Assembly (NCBI GenBank): GCA_037142195.1
Contig: JBAXBA010000001.1
Coordinates: 1-64,000, forward strand
DNA: 64,000 bases
DNA from: Pseudomonadota bacterium
GTDB taxonomy: Bacteria > Bdellovibrionota_B > Oligoflexia > Oligoflexales > CAIMVM01
Reading direction: 5' to 3'
The translations under genes were made by a program, and so were the position numbers. Below are positions 1 through 9,569 of the stretch, in pieces (the stretch's first letter is position 1; every line of letters begins with the position of its first letter). Under the pieces are notes generated by a model, which did not search any database, was not told the DNA's origin, and saw only the letters and a list, made by a program, of their open reading frames with translations.

Positions 1-53
1 CGAAATGCAATTGTTGCATTAAAAATAAACAGACACATAAATTTACACGCTAC

Positions 54-329
54 CAACTTGATCAGGCAACTCAGCAAAATGCAGCAACTGCTGATGTTTC
101 TGCCAGAAACAGTGATCAGCTAGCTCAGCAGACCCACAATCTTCAGCAGGCAGTATATGCTCTTATGAAAGTAGTAGAAGGGTCAGAAAACGCTCCGTCG
201 AAATCGAAGTCGAAAGAAGTCTTAAGAACAACTGACGCAAATGTAGTTTCTCTATCAAAGTCTCAACCCTCTGAAATGAAACGTGCCGTTGGCTCAGATC
301 TTGCGAGTGACGACTGGGAGAAAATGTGA
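54..329 (+). CDS. C-terminal fragment of a methyl-accepting chemotaxis protein (5' end missing or disrupted)
   Basis: Frame from 54 reads QLDQATQQNAATADVSARNSDQLAQQTHNLQQAV...DDWEKM*, matching an MCP methylation helix and a pentapeptide-like tail. TGA at 327-329 overlaps the GTG start of the next gene. Confidence 0.8.
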   Translation, partial: QLDQATQQNAATADVSARNSDQLAQQTHNLQQAVYALMKVVEGSENAPSKSKSKEVLRTTDANVVSLSKSQPSEMKRAVGSDLASDDWEKM

Positions 330-2239
330 ATGATTATAACAAGTTCGACGCCTACCCCGCGCTAAGTCAAGAACAATTCGATTTTTTTGTAAAGCTCATT
401 TACAAAATAGGCGGCATTCAACTAGATCACAAGAAGCAGGATCTAGTGGTAAGTCGCCTGGGTCGAAGACTCGCATTTCATAATTTTACAAGCTGGAACG
501 AATATATCAATTTTCTAAAATTGGAGTCGCCGGAAGAACTTACTGAGTTTGTGAATGCCCTAACAACGAATAAATCGGAATTTTTTAGGGAAAACATTCA
601 CTTTAAGTTTATGGAAGAAAAAGTCCGTGAGATACACGCCAAAGATCCGAGTTATGTTTTCTACTTCTGGTCTGCTGCATGCTCTTTTGGGTGCGAGCCC
701 TATACCATTGCTATGGTGATGGAAAACATCGGCAAAGGGCTTGGAGTCACTTTGAACTATCGGATTCTCGCCACAGATATCGATACCGAAATGTTAAACA
801 AGGCCGATACGGGAGTCTACAGCTTTCAAGACGTAAAGCGTGATGTTCCTGATAATTTCTTGCGGCAATATTTTTTAGCGGGAAAAGGTCCTAATGCATC
901 TTTGGCCAGGGTCAGACCCGAACTAAAATGCAACATCAAGTTTCGTCCCTTCAACTTGATTTCAAAGGACAAGTTACCTCTGAAATTTGACTTTGTATTC
1001 GTTCGAAATGTCCTGATCTATTTCGATCCACCAACAGTTGAAGGTGTTTTAAAGAAGCTCTCTTCCCATCTTAAACTAGGGGGACATCTGATCACAGGCC
1101 TTTGTGAGTCAGTAGTCATTCCTGAATTTTCTTCGCGCGGGAATTCTATTCACCAACTTCCCCCTAAAGTTTCTGCATCAGCTCGCACGGCAGTAAATGT
1201 AGCACCATCGCGAATTAAGGTTTTAATCGTAGATGATTCCAAAGTCATACAAACGGTTCTGAATAAGCTTATCAGTGAAAATCCCGCGTTTGAGGTTTCA
1301 GGAGTTGCAGGTGACCCCTTTGAAGCAAATGAGCTCATTGCTAAAGTGCGCCCTGATGTTGTCACCCTAGATATAAAGATGCCTAAAATGGATGGTATCG
1401 CCTATCTTTCCAAGCTCGCTGCATTAAATATCCCGGCAATTATGGTCACTGGCGCCGCAGATGAGGACAATCATCTCATTTTAGATGCCATGGCACGAGG
1501 GGCAACGGACGTCCTCATAAAGCCTACTCCAAGTCAGTTTGAGTCTTTTAAGGGACAACTTTGGGATGCACTTTTATCTGCAAAGTCGGCCAATCTTCAG
1601 AAGTCTAAGAAGCTGGTTTCCTCGATCCCATTTGCATTTGAAGGGAAATTATCGGAGCGCATTATCGCTATAGGATCTTCTACCGGCGGCACGAAGGCTC
1701 TAGAGGTTATTTTGTGTGCTCTTCCTATTGAGGTGCCTCCCGTGGTGATTGTTCAGCATATACCACCTATTTTTTCACGTCACTTAGCGGAACGTATCAA
1801 CCAGATGGCACAAATAACCGTGAAGGAAGCAGAAGACGGTGAAATGGCGGCACCTGGAACAGCCTACATTGCACCTGGCGATCGACATATGGAAATTCGT
1901 GATGTGGGAGGGAAATGGCGTATTAAGTTAAATAATGATGGGCCACGCAATCGCCATAAACCTAGCGTAGACGTCTTGTTTGATAGCATCGCCATTGAGG
2001 CAGGGGAAAGGGCTCTGGGAGTTCTTCTCACTGGTATGGGAAAAGATGGGGCAGAGGGTCTCTTGAAAATTAAGCATCGGGGCGGTTCCACATTTGCTGA
2101 ACATGAAAGTTCCTGTGTGGTATATGGAATGCCAAAAGCAGCCATTGAACTAGGCGCAGCAGACGTCATTGCTCCTCTTCAAGATATCCCCATGGCATTA
2201 GCGAAACGATTTAACTCTAAAGCTAAACTAGCCGGGTGA
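326..2239 (+). CDS. Fused CheR methyltransferase - REC - CheB methylesterase
   Basis: CheR motifs: NALTTNKSEFFRE, WSAACSFGCEPY, ILATDID, RNVLIYF. REC motifs: VLIVDDS, TLDIKMP, KP. CheB motifs: GSSTGG, VQHIP, HKPSVD, LTGMGKDGA, VYGMP. Confidence 0.92.
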   Translation: MNDYNKFDAYPALSQEQFDFFVKLIYKIGGIQLDHKKQDLVVSRLGRRLAFHNFTSWNEYINFLKLESPEELTEFVNALTTNKSEFFRENIHFKFMEEKVREIHAKDPSYVFYFWSAACSFGCEPYTIAMVMENIGKGLGVTLNYRILATDIDTEMLNKADTGVYSFQDVKRDVPDNFLRQYFLAGKGPNASLARVRPELKCNIKFRPFNLISKDKLPLKFDFVFVRNVLIYFDPPTVEGVLKKLSSHLKLGGHLITGLCESVVIPEFSSRGNSIHQLPPKVSASARTAVNVAPSRIKVLIVDDSKVIQTVLNKLISENPAFEVSGVAGDPFEANELIAKVRPDVVTLDIKMPKMDGIAYLSKLAALNIPAIMVTGAADEDNHLILDAMARGATDVLIKPTPSQFESFKGQLWDALLSAKSANLQKSKKLVSSIPFAFEGKLSERIIAIGSSTGGTKALEVILCALPIEVPPVVIVQHIPPIFSRHLAERINQMAQITVKEAEDGEMAAPGTAYIAPGDRHMEIRDVGGKWRIKLNNDGPRNRHKPSVDVLFDSIAIEAGERALGVLLTGMGKDGAEGLLKIKHRGGSTFAEHESSCVVYGMPKAAIELGAADVIAPLQDIPMALAKRFNSKAKLAG

Positions 2240-2491
2240 ATGACATTAAGTGTGCCCGTTCAGAATATGTCTTGCTTCGGACAAAGAGCCGCTCGAATTT
2301 TATACAATACTTGACGTGGGAAAGAATCCATTGCCCAATGAATGGGCGATGTAGTGCCCCAGCAAAAACTTAAAATATCGATATCATTCGTTTTTACGCT
2401 CTTCACTGTCGAAGTCAGGAAAATGATTGCTTAGATGAAACTCTTTCGCAAGGTTGCATACGTCACGAGTTTCTTCAGCAAGAAATCATGC

Positions 2492-2525
2492 AAAAAAGGC
2501 CCTAGGAATTCCTAGGACCTTTTCT
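2492..2525. terminator. Bidirectional intrinsic terminator after rplT
   Basis: AAAAAAGGCCCTAGG-AATT-CCTAGGACCTTTTT hairpin flanked by A and T runs, between convergent genes. Confidence 0.75.
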
Positions 2526-2546
2526 TCTAGTTCAGAAGATGCAAAT

Positions 2547-2903
2547 CTATGCTAAAGACTTTCTTGCTGTCTCAACCAATTGATTGAATCCAGCTTGATC
2601 ATGAATAGCTAGGTCAGCAAGAACACTCCTATCCAGTTTAATCCCGGCTCTCTTAAGGCCATTCATAAATTCTGAATACTTGAGTCCTGCCATACGTGAT
2701 GCCGCATTGATCCTTACGATCCATAGACGGCGGAAATCACGCTTCTTAACTCGACGATCACGGTACGCATAACAGAGGGCGCGACGAACTACGTGAATGG
2801 CAGTACGAAAGCGGCTGTTACGCGCCATCTTAAAGCCTTTCGCTAGGTCTAGTACACGCTTGCGTCTGCGACGCGCTTTGAAACCACGTTTAACTCGAGA
2901 CAT
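2547..2903 (-). CDS. rplT: 50S ribosomal protein L20
   Basis: MSRVKRG..., [34 protein letters not shown]. Confidence 0.99.
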   Translation of the reverse strand: MSRVKRGFKARRRRKRVLDLAKGFKMARNSRFRTAIHVVRRALCYAYRDRRVKKRDFRRLWIVRINAASRMAGLKYSEFMNGLKRAGIKLDRSVLADLAIHDQAGFNQLVETARKSLA

Positions 2904-2921
2904 ACTCTAATTCCTTTTCAC

Positions 2922-3119
2922 TTACCCGTTTGGTAGACAACGCATTGTGTTATCAAAGTTTGCTGAATTCACATATCCACCTTTTTTAAGTCTGTTCTTA
3001 CGTGAACGTGACTTTTTTGTGGCGATATGTTCCTTGTTAGCACTAGCACGTTTGATTTTACCAGACGGCTTGACCTTGAAACGCTTTGCAGCTGCCCGCT
3101 TTGTTTTAACTTTTGGCAT
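2922..3119 (-). CDS. rpmI: 50S ribosomal protein L35
   Basis: MPKVKTKRAAAKRFK...H..TKKS; directly upstream of rplT. Confidence 0.98.
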   Translation of the reverse strand: MPKVKTKRAAAKRFKVKPSGKIKRASANKEHIATKKSRSRKNRLKKGGYVNSANFDNTMRCLPNG

Positions 3120-3220
3120 ACTTAAAGCCCCTATTTGAAAATAGCTCCCAGCTTTCTTCCACCGAGAGCGAAGTTTGTATCACCGCAATGCGCTCAGCGC
3201 AAGGACTTTAACGATATTTT

Positions 3221-3979
3221 TCACTCGACCACAACAGCTACTTTGGCCTCTTTCAAAAGAGGTAACGCCTGCTGAGAGACTTTATCCCAATCTGCCTTAA
3301 GTATCGTAAATTCGCCGTCTTTTGTTGCAGTTACGTCAATAGTCAAGGGCGCCTGCCCTGCGGACTTCTTTTGTTCTTCGGGTGTTAGTGGCGTTTTGTA
3401 CCAGCGGCCCATGAGGTTTTTCTGATAGGCAGCCTTATTTATTTGGAGAGGGGACAAAAGGGTCCCTTCTGACTGCTCTTTTAAGGTGTAGACCGCCTGA
3501 GGCTTTGTATTGCCTTTGACTCGCAAAATAACTCCCGTCGGACCATCTTTAGAGAGCGGGGAGCTTTCACCCGTCAGCCCATCAAGCACAAAGAGGCGCG
3601 CCATTCTTGTTTCTAAATTGACTCTTAGAGAGCCGTCAGAGCCATATTCATTGCGCCTGGAAAAGGTTGCTGATTTCAGCCTCTGTTTGGTTTGCAACAT
3701 TTGTGGATCCAGCTGCTTTTGATCTAAGACAGCCTGTCTTTCTATAAATAGGGATTCAGCCGCTTTAGAGACAGCTTCCCGAGCAGCGTCGGTTGCGAGC
3801 CGCTCTGCAGTTTTCCAATCTTGACTTGTACTCGCTGCCGATGTCCCCGTAAACTGCAGAGACTGATTGGACCAGTCTACCTTTAAATCCCCAAATTCTT
3901 CGACCAAAGGTGCTGCGATAAGGCTTGATGCCCAAAAAGCTGACATCCCACTGCCTAGCAAAATAATTCCCAACTTCAT
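3221..3979 (-). CDS. Exported hypothetical protein
   Basis: Likely start ATG 3979 (MKLGIILLGSG...ASSLIA, signal-peptide-like) with a GGGG-type SD; follows the IMPase gene. Confidence 0.7.
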   Translation of the reverse strand: MKLGIILLGSGMSAFWASSLIAAPLVEEFGDLKVDWSNQSLQFTGTSAASTSQDWKTAERLATDAAREAVSKAAESLFIERQAVLDQKQLDPQMLQTKQRLKSATFSRRNEYGSDGSLRVNLETRMARLFVLDGLTGESSPLSKDGPTGVILRVKGNTKPQAVYTLKEQSEGTLLSPLQINKAAYQKNLMGRWYKTPLTPEEQKKSAGQAPLTIDVTATKDGEFTILKADWDKVSQQALPLLKEAKVAVVVE

Positions 3980-3989
3980 GATTGTCCCC

Positions 3990-4793
3990 CTATTCCATTT
4001 TATATTTTGCAAATGTTTGCTTAACATATTCCACTAATTTATGGTTGCCCGCAACCACCCCAGGTGCGAAGGGGTCAAATGGCAGATCATCGCCGAAATT
4101 ACTTACGCTGCAGCCCGCTTCTTCCATAATTAAACTTGCGGCAGCCATGTCCCATGATTTCAGATTCGCGGCAAAATAGACATCAAAAACTCCGGCTGCA
4201 ACATAGCTAAGGTCTAATGCAGCAGCGCCCATCCTCCGGCTCCCGTGGGCCGCGTGACAAAGATCCAAATAGGGCTGTACCAAGAATTCATCGCTCCCGT
4301 CTAAAGACAGCCCGCATCCCAAGTAGGCATCGGACATCTTCTCAACAGCGCTTCCTTTTAGCCTGTCGCTGCCCCAAAAAGCCCCACTGCCCTTTTGGGC
4401 GTAGAACATCCTGTCCTGCATAGGATCAAAAACTACGGCTCCTGCTGCAGAAAACTTAGGTCCATTAAAGCGCCCAAAGGCCAAGGAAATACAAAAATAA
4501 GGCAGTTTATTAGCAAAGTTAGAGGTCCCATCTAGGGGATCTAAGATCCACCCCCAACCCGAGGCGTGTCCACTTGCTTCTGTGCGGCCGGACTCTTCGG
4601 AAATAATTAAATCGCCCGGATAGTGGGCTTTAATCCAGTCTAATATGATGCGCTCACTCAGGAGATCTGCCTCGGTGACCAAACTTCGATCAGCTTTTTC
4701 CTTTGGTCTGACACCTTTTAGAAACATGTCTCGCAAGGCTGCACCCGCCTGCCCCATCACAGGCATTACGTTAGCGACTAAACGGTCTTCCAT
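3990..4793 (-). CDS. Inositol monophosphatase family protein (SuhB-like)
   Basis: LVTEAD, ISEES, WILDPLDGTSNF, RRMGAAALDL, WDMAAA. Confidence 0.93.
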   Translation of the reverse strand: MEDRLVANVMPVMGQAGAALRDMFLKGVRPKEKADRSLVTEADLLSERIILDWIKAHYPGDLIISEESGRTEASGHASGWGWILDPLDGTSNFANKLPYFCISLAFGRFNGPKFSAAGAVVFDPMQDRMFYAQKGSGAFWGSDRLKGSAVEKMSDAYLGCGLSLDGSDEFLVQPYLDLCHAAHGSRRMGAAALDLSYVAAGVFDVYFAANLKSWDMAAASLIMEEAGCSVSNFGDDLPFDPFAPGVVAGNHKLVEYVKQTFAKYKME

Positions 4794-4980
4794 GTTCCCA
4801 CTCCCCCAGGCTGCTTTTATAGTATCCCAACAAACAAATTAGCCTGATCATGGCGTAATGGGTAGAATTTTGATAGGATGAGTTGTAAATTTGTCTCTAT
4901 TTATGGCAACGCACTAAAATAAAAGATGATTTTTACATTTTTTGGCGTTTCAAGCTCTCATTAGAACTTTAGGGGAACAC

Positions 4981-6549
4981 GTGGACCTTTTATTATATCC
5001 ATTACTACCGGCACTCATACTTGGGTATGCAGTGCTTCAACTTCTGTTAAGAATTCTACCTTCACGAATTCATGCCAGCACGAAGTCACAAAGCCAAGAA
5101 TTGGTTAAAGAAGCTAAGGTACAACAGCAAGCGATTCTTCAAGACAAGAAGAATCAGGCTGAGGAAGAAATTGAGCTTTTGAATGAAGAACTTGAAACAG
5201 AACTTTTAGAGTTAAATGAGCGAATCCAGACGGGAGAAGCAGCTCTACAGGAGCGAGAACTTTTAGTTCAAGAATATGATGAAACAGTTGCGAAAAAAGA
5301 AGTTAGCTCAGATCATGCCAGCTCGCTGGTGGATCAACTTCGAGTACAATACGAAACACTTCTCAAAACTCATGAAGACTCTAAATCTCAGCTCATTTCT
5401 GGACTAGAATCTGCGTCCAAACTGGATGCTAAAACTGCTGTCAAAAGTATCAAAACGACTCTTACTGACCAAAGGCAGCTAGAAGCTCAAAAAATCCTTA
5501 AAAGCTTAAATGAAGAGATCGGCTCAAACTCAAAGAAATTGGCGAACCGCGTCCTTGAAAGGACGCTTGCTCGGTACTCTCCTGACTTTGCATGGCCAAA
5601 AAATACAAATCTTGTGGAAATTGAAGATCAAGATCGTCTGCTTAAATTTGCAGAAAGTGGCTCTGAATTATTCGAAGAGCTCAAACAAATTTCTGAAATC
5701 GACATCCAAGTGGTAGGCCTAGATGATAATCGCCACTATCCTATGATTAAAGTCGCCGGTGGATTTGGAATCAATCGCGAAGCTGCCCGCCTCACCCTTA
5801 TGGAAATCTCGAAAAAAGATCAGGCTTCGTGGAAGAATCCGATGCCTATTTGGAAAACCCATTTGGATAAGCTAGAACGCGAGGCCATGGAACTAGGAAA
5901 GCGTGCCGTCAATGACCTGCGCCTCCAGGGCATCCATCCCGAAGTACAAAGGTTAATTGGAGCCCTAAATTGGCGAACTAGCTACCGTCAAAATCAGTGG
6001 TATCATACGGTTGAGGTCGCAGTACTCGCAGGTATTCTTGCCGCAGAACTAGGAGTTGACCCTGATGCTGCCAAACGTGTAGGACTCCTACATGATATAG
6101 GTAAGGCCATTGACTACCGTATCGACGGAAGCCATGCGGTAATTTCAGGGGACTATGCGGATCGCTATGGAGAATCTCGTCTCATATGTGACACGGTTAT
6201 GAGTCACCATGCAGATCTTATTGTAGAATCGCCGCTAGCGTTTGTGCTGAGAGCTGCAGACACACTTTCAGGAGCGCGGCCAGGAGCGCGAGTCAACTTA
6301 GAAGAAGGCTATCAAATTAGATTAAGTGCGATTGCTGAAGCGGTTAAAAGCTTTCCTGGAGTTAATGATTTGGCCATCATGAACGGCGGTCGCGAGGTCC
6401 ATGTAGGCGTAAGTCATCATAGAGTCAGCGACGCCCAGATTAAGGAATTAACTGAGGCCATCGCAAGGAAGATTGAGACCGACGTAGCTTTTCCAGGTCA
6501 AATTAAAGTACTTGTAACGAGAAGCTACGAAGCAGTTACTGTCGCCTAA
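4981..6549 (+). CDS. rny: RNase Y family protein (N-terminal TM, coiled coil, degenerate KH, HD domain)
   Basis: N-terminal hydrophobic anchor and long coiled coil; RTSYRQNQWYHTVEVA, LLHDIGKA, AADTLSGARPGAR, FPGQIKVLVTR. Start GTG 4981 chosen from an AGGGG SD (ORF track starts at 4942). Confidence 0.85.
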   Translation: MDLLLYPLLPALILGYAVLQLLLRILPSRIHASTKSQSQELVKEAKVQQQAILQDKKNQAEEEIELLNEELETELLELNERIQTGEAALQERELLVQEYDETVAKKEVSSDHASSLVDQLRVQYETLLKTHEDSKSQLISGLESASKLDAKTAVKSIKTTLTDQRQLEAQKILKSLNEEIGSNSKKLANRVLERTLARYSPDFAWPKNTNLVEIEDQDRLLKFAESGSELFEELKQISEIDIQVVGLDDNRHYPMIKVAGGFGINREAARLTLMEISKKDQASWKNPMPIWKTHLDKLEREAMELGKRAVNDLRLQGIHPEVQRLIGALNWRTSYRQNQWYHTVEVAVLAGILAAELGVDPDAAKRVGLLHDIGKAIDYRIDGSHAVISGDYADRYGESRLICDTVMSHHADLIVESPLAFVLRAADTLSGARPGARVNLEEGYQIRLSAIAEAVKSFPGVNDLAIMNGGREVHVGVSHHRVSDAQIKELTEAIARKIETDVAFPGQIKVLVTRSYEAVTVA

Positions 6550-6572
6550 TCCTACTTCGACCTTTATATATA

Positions 6573-6595
6573 GTATTGAAATGACTATTCAATAC
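6573..6595. promoter_or_regulatory. Inverted repeat after rny (terminator or operator)
   Basis: GTATTGAA-N7-TTCAATAC followed by a T-rich stretch. Confidence 0.35.
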
Positions 6596-6718
6596 GATAT
6601 TTTTTAGGACCTTGCATAAAGCTATTTAGATAGTGGATGTGAAGATTTTTGGATCTGATTTCTTTTTTTAGGTCTTAAGAGTATCATTTATAGAGACTTT
6701 AAAAAAGATCGAGCACCT

Positions 6719-7453
6719 ATGCTTCGTGAAGACCTAACTGAAATTCAAAAAAGAGTTCAGCTTTATCTGAGTGTGGGTCGTTATGACGCCGCTGAGAAGC
6801 TTCTCAAGATTGCTCTTGAAGAGTTCGGCAATGCAGCGAATATTAGAAATCTGCTTGGTGTAGCCTATCACCGCCAATCTAAGTTTAAAGACGCTTTAGA
6901 GCAGTTTGAGTTGGCCCTAAATCAAAATCCTGAATATACGGAAGCTATTCTTAATATGGCAGTTACGCTTGCCGACTTAGGATTGTATGAGGATTCGGCT
7001 ACCTTCTTTCAAAAAGCTGAATCGACCGTCAACACCCAACATGGGGTACCAAGCCTCATCTTGGGTCGCCTTGCGAATCAGCATGCACACCTAGGCGAAC
7101 TCTATGAAAACTCCAACATGAAGCGAGATGCTTTAAATGAGTATAGAAAGGCTTTAAATCTCTACCCTGAAATGCCTGATATTCGACTCAAATTGTCCCG
7201 TCTCCTTATTGAGCTTCGCGACTTTGAGGGAGCTCGCAAAGAACTCAAACTCCTTGAAGATTCCAGTCGCGAAACAGGGGTTTCCGGGCTATGGCTAGGA
7301 GTGATTCACTATCTCTCTGGAAGCAAAGCGCATGCCGCTGAGCTTTGGCAACAGGCCAAAAAGCTTCGCCCAAATGATAGAGTCTCCAGGGCCTATTCTT
7401 CATTTGCTTTCTTTATTGGTCGCACAGACTCAAGTCGCAGGCCACCCCTATGA
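6719..7453 (+). CDS. Tetratricopeptide repeat protein
   Basis: Repeated TPR patterns (NLLGVAYHRQSKFKDALEQFELALNQNPEY; LGELYE...ALNEYRKALNLYPEM). Confidence 0.85.
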   Translation: MLREDLTEIQKRVQLYLSVGRYDAAEKLLKIALEEFGNAANIRNLLGVAYHRQSKFKDALEQFELALNQNPEYTEAILNMAVTLADLGLYEDSATFFQKAESTVNTQHGVPSLILGRLANQHAHLGELYENSNMKRDALNEYRKALNLYPEMPDIRLKLSRLLIELRDFEGARKELKLLEDSSRETGVSGLWLGVIHYLSGSKAHAAELWQQAKKLRPNDRVSRAYSSFAFFIGRTDSSRRPPL

Positions 7454-8949
7454 GTCTTCGTTGGTCATTACAAGATGTGAAGGTTTTGGTCGTTGATGAC
7501 CAAATTCAAATGAGAAAGTCTATTTCAAGAATTTTATCCAGCATGGGCATCGTTAACATCACCGAAGCCTCAAGTGGCATAAAAGCTTTTTCTCTTATCC
7601 AACAAAGCAACTTTGATCTTGTGATTACCGATATTTTGATGGAAAAAATGGACGGCTTTGAACTTATAGAGCTCATTAGAAAGCGCAACGTTCGAGGCGA
7701 CATTCCCATTATAGCCGTTTCTGGCGAAAGCGGAAAAGATGAAATCGTAAAAGCGAACACACTAGGTGCAACTTTTTATCTCATGAAACCCTTCTCTGCT
7801 GACGATTTAGACGATAGAGTTAAAAATTCTCTTGCAGACTACTTCCAGCCTGCCGAACCTTTGAGTAGTATTCGAAATATTGAAATCATGTTTCAAAAGA
7901 ATCACTTCGAAGCTTGTTTGAAGCTTATTCACACTTTGGAACAGAAATATACAAACCAAACTAGAATTATACTCTTAAAAATATTGCTTCTAGAGAAGTT
8001 ACAAAAGATAGACGAATGTATTGCCCTGGCCCTTGAAGCGGCAGCTCATCATCCTGGATATTTTCGTTTCTACGGTGCACTTGCTAATCTATACAATGCT
8101 AAAAATAATTTTGCAGAAGCGGCACTGGCTATGTCCAAAGAACTTGAAATCAATCCCAAGCAATCAGCCCGACAAGTGGAACTTGGATATTTGCTTATGC
8201 AGCTAAATAACCCGCAGGAAGCCCTAAAGCATTTTCAGCTCGCCATTACAGAGAAGCCCAAACACAAGCAAGCCTTAATCGGAGCCGGAAAAGCATTTGC
8301 CATGGCAGGCGATCTCGATAAAGCCATTTACTACTTTCAAAGATACCGCAAGCATCATCCAGAAGACATTAGACCACTAGAGGCGATTGTCGAGTGTTGC
8401 TTTCAGGCCAAAGAAGCAAAAAAAGCGGAAGGAATTTTAAAAACGTATCTTGGGGGACAGTCGGTTCAAGCCGATGCCTATATTCTTCTCGCAAAGTTCT
8501 ATTTTAGAGATCAAAAGAAAGCCGAAGGAATAAAGACCCTTGAAAGCCTTTTAAGTAGAGCCCCTGATAGTCCAGATGCCCTCCGCCTCCTGGGAGAGGC
8601 TTCCCTGGAAGGAGGGCAGTTTGCAAGGGCAGAAGAATTCCTTCTAAAGGCGGCTAGAATGCAGATTTCAGAAGACACCCTCATCCTTCTTGTAAAGACT
8701 TACTTTTTGCAAAAGAAGTATGATGAAGCGATCGCCCAAATCGAAAGAGCCCTACTCATATCCGCAGCTCCCGCAAATATCTTTGTACTCATGGGAAACT
8801 GCTTTACAGCTAAGAAAGAGAACAGGAAGGCCCTGTTAGCTTATCAATTGGCCGTACTTTCAGGAAATCATTCGGCAGATTGCCAAAACGCTATAAAAAG
8901 CTGTAAAACAATCCTTGAAAACGAAAAAGGCGGTCGAAGAGCGTCCTAA
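7450..8949 (+). CDS. Response regulator: REC domain plus TPR array
   Basis: VLVVDD, ITDILMEKMDG, YLMKPF, then multiple TPRs; ATGA overlap with the upstream gene. Confidence 0.88.
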   Translation: MSLRWSLQDVKVLVVDDQIQMRKSISRILSSMGIVNITEASSGIKAFSLIQQSNFDLVITDILMEKMDGFELIELIRKRNVRGDIPIIAVSGESGKDEIVKANTLGATFYLMKPFSADDLDDRVKNSLADYFQPAEPLSSIRNIEIMFQKNHFEACLKLIHTLEQKYTNQTRIILLKILLLEKLQKIDECIALALEAAAHHPGYFRFYGALANLYNAKNNFAEAALAMSKELEINPKQSARQVELGYLLMQLNNPQEALKHFQLAITEKPKHKQALIGAGKAFAMAGDLDKAIYYFQRYRKHHPEDIRPLEAIVECCFQAKEAKKAEGILKTYLGGQSVQADAYILLAKFYFRDQKKAEGIKTLESLLSRAPDSPDALRLLGEASLEGGQFARAEEFLLKAARMQISEDTLILLVKTYFLQKKYDEAIAQIERALLISAAPANIFVLMGNCFTAKKENRKALLAYQLAVLSGNHSADCQNAIKSCKTILENEKGGRRAS

Positions 8950-8962
8950 AGCTGGAGATTTC

Positions 8963-9520
8963 ATGTCAGTAGTTACTGCCTATACAAATTGGCTGTCGGA
9001 ACGAGGCCTTATCGTGCCTTTATATAATGCACCGCACCAGGAGCCTGGTCACCCATTCGCAGATTTGCGAGCCCAGGGCATTGAGGTTCAGTATTCCGGC
9101 GCATTAGAGCCTAAATGTCTCTTTATTTTAGATGCTTACGACATGGAACAGTGGCAGGTGGCATTTGCATTTATGCTCAGAATTTCCCGTGCTTTGGGAC
9201 TTTCCCCTTCAGATGTGGGAGTTTTGGGTGTTTTAACACAACTTCCAGCCTGGCCGGAAACTGTGAACGAGCCCCTTAAGTTAATCATTGAGCAATTGGC
9301 CTCAAAGAATGTAAGTCAAATTCTGAGCGTAGGTAAACGTGCCCATGATCTTTTTAAGTTAAACATTGATTTTGAACGAGCCACTTTAGCCCCAGACTCT
9401 ATTTCTATTACCGGGCGAGAATTGCGCTATCTTGCCATATGGGATCACCGTGATATGACCAACCAACCTGCCTTAAAAAAGACGGCATGGCTTGCTATGC
9501 AGCAGCTGCTGAATCATTAA
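8963..9520 (+). CDS. Hypothetical protein, degenerate uracil-DNA-glycosylase-like (or HolD-like) fold
   Basis: C-terminal ILSVGKRA...WDHRDMTNQPALKKTAWLAMQQL resembles the family-4 UDG C-terminus; Fe-S cysteines and the GEGPG motif are absent. Start ATG 8963 with GGAGA SD. Confidence 0.45.
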   Translation: MSVVTAYTNWLSERGLIVPLYNAPHQEPGHPFADLRAQGIEVQYSGALEPKCLFILDAYDMEQWQVAFAFMLRISRALGLSPSDVGVLGVLTQLPAWPETVNEPLKLIIEQLASKNVSQILSVGKRAHDLFKLNIDFERATLAPDSISITGRELRYLAIWDHRDMTNQPALKKTAWLAMQQLLNH

Positions 9521-9558
9521 AAAAAAGAACCAGCTGGATAAAAGCTGGTTCTTTTTTT
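9519..9558. terminator. Bidirectional intrinsic terminator
   Basis: A-run-GAACCAGCT-ggataaa-AGCTGGTTC-T-run between convergent genes. Confidence 0.85.
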
Positions 9559-9569
9559 AACTATTTCAT

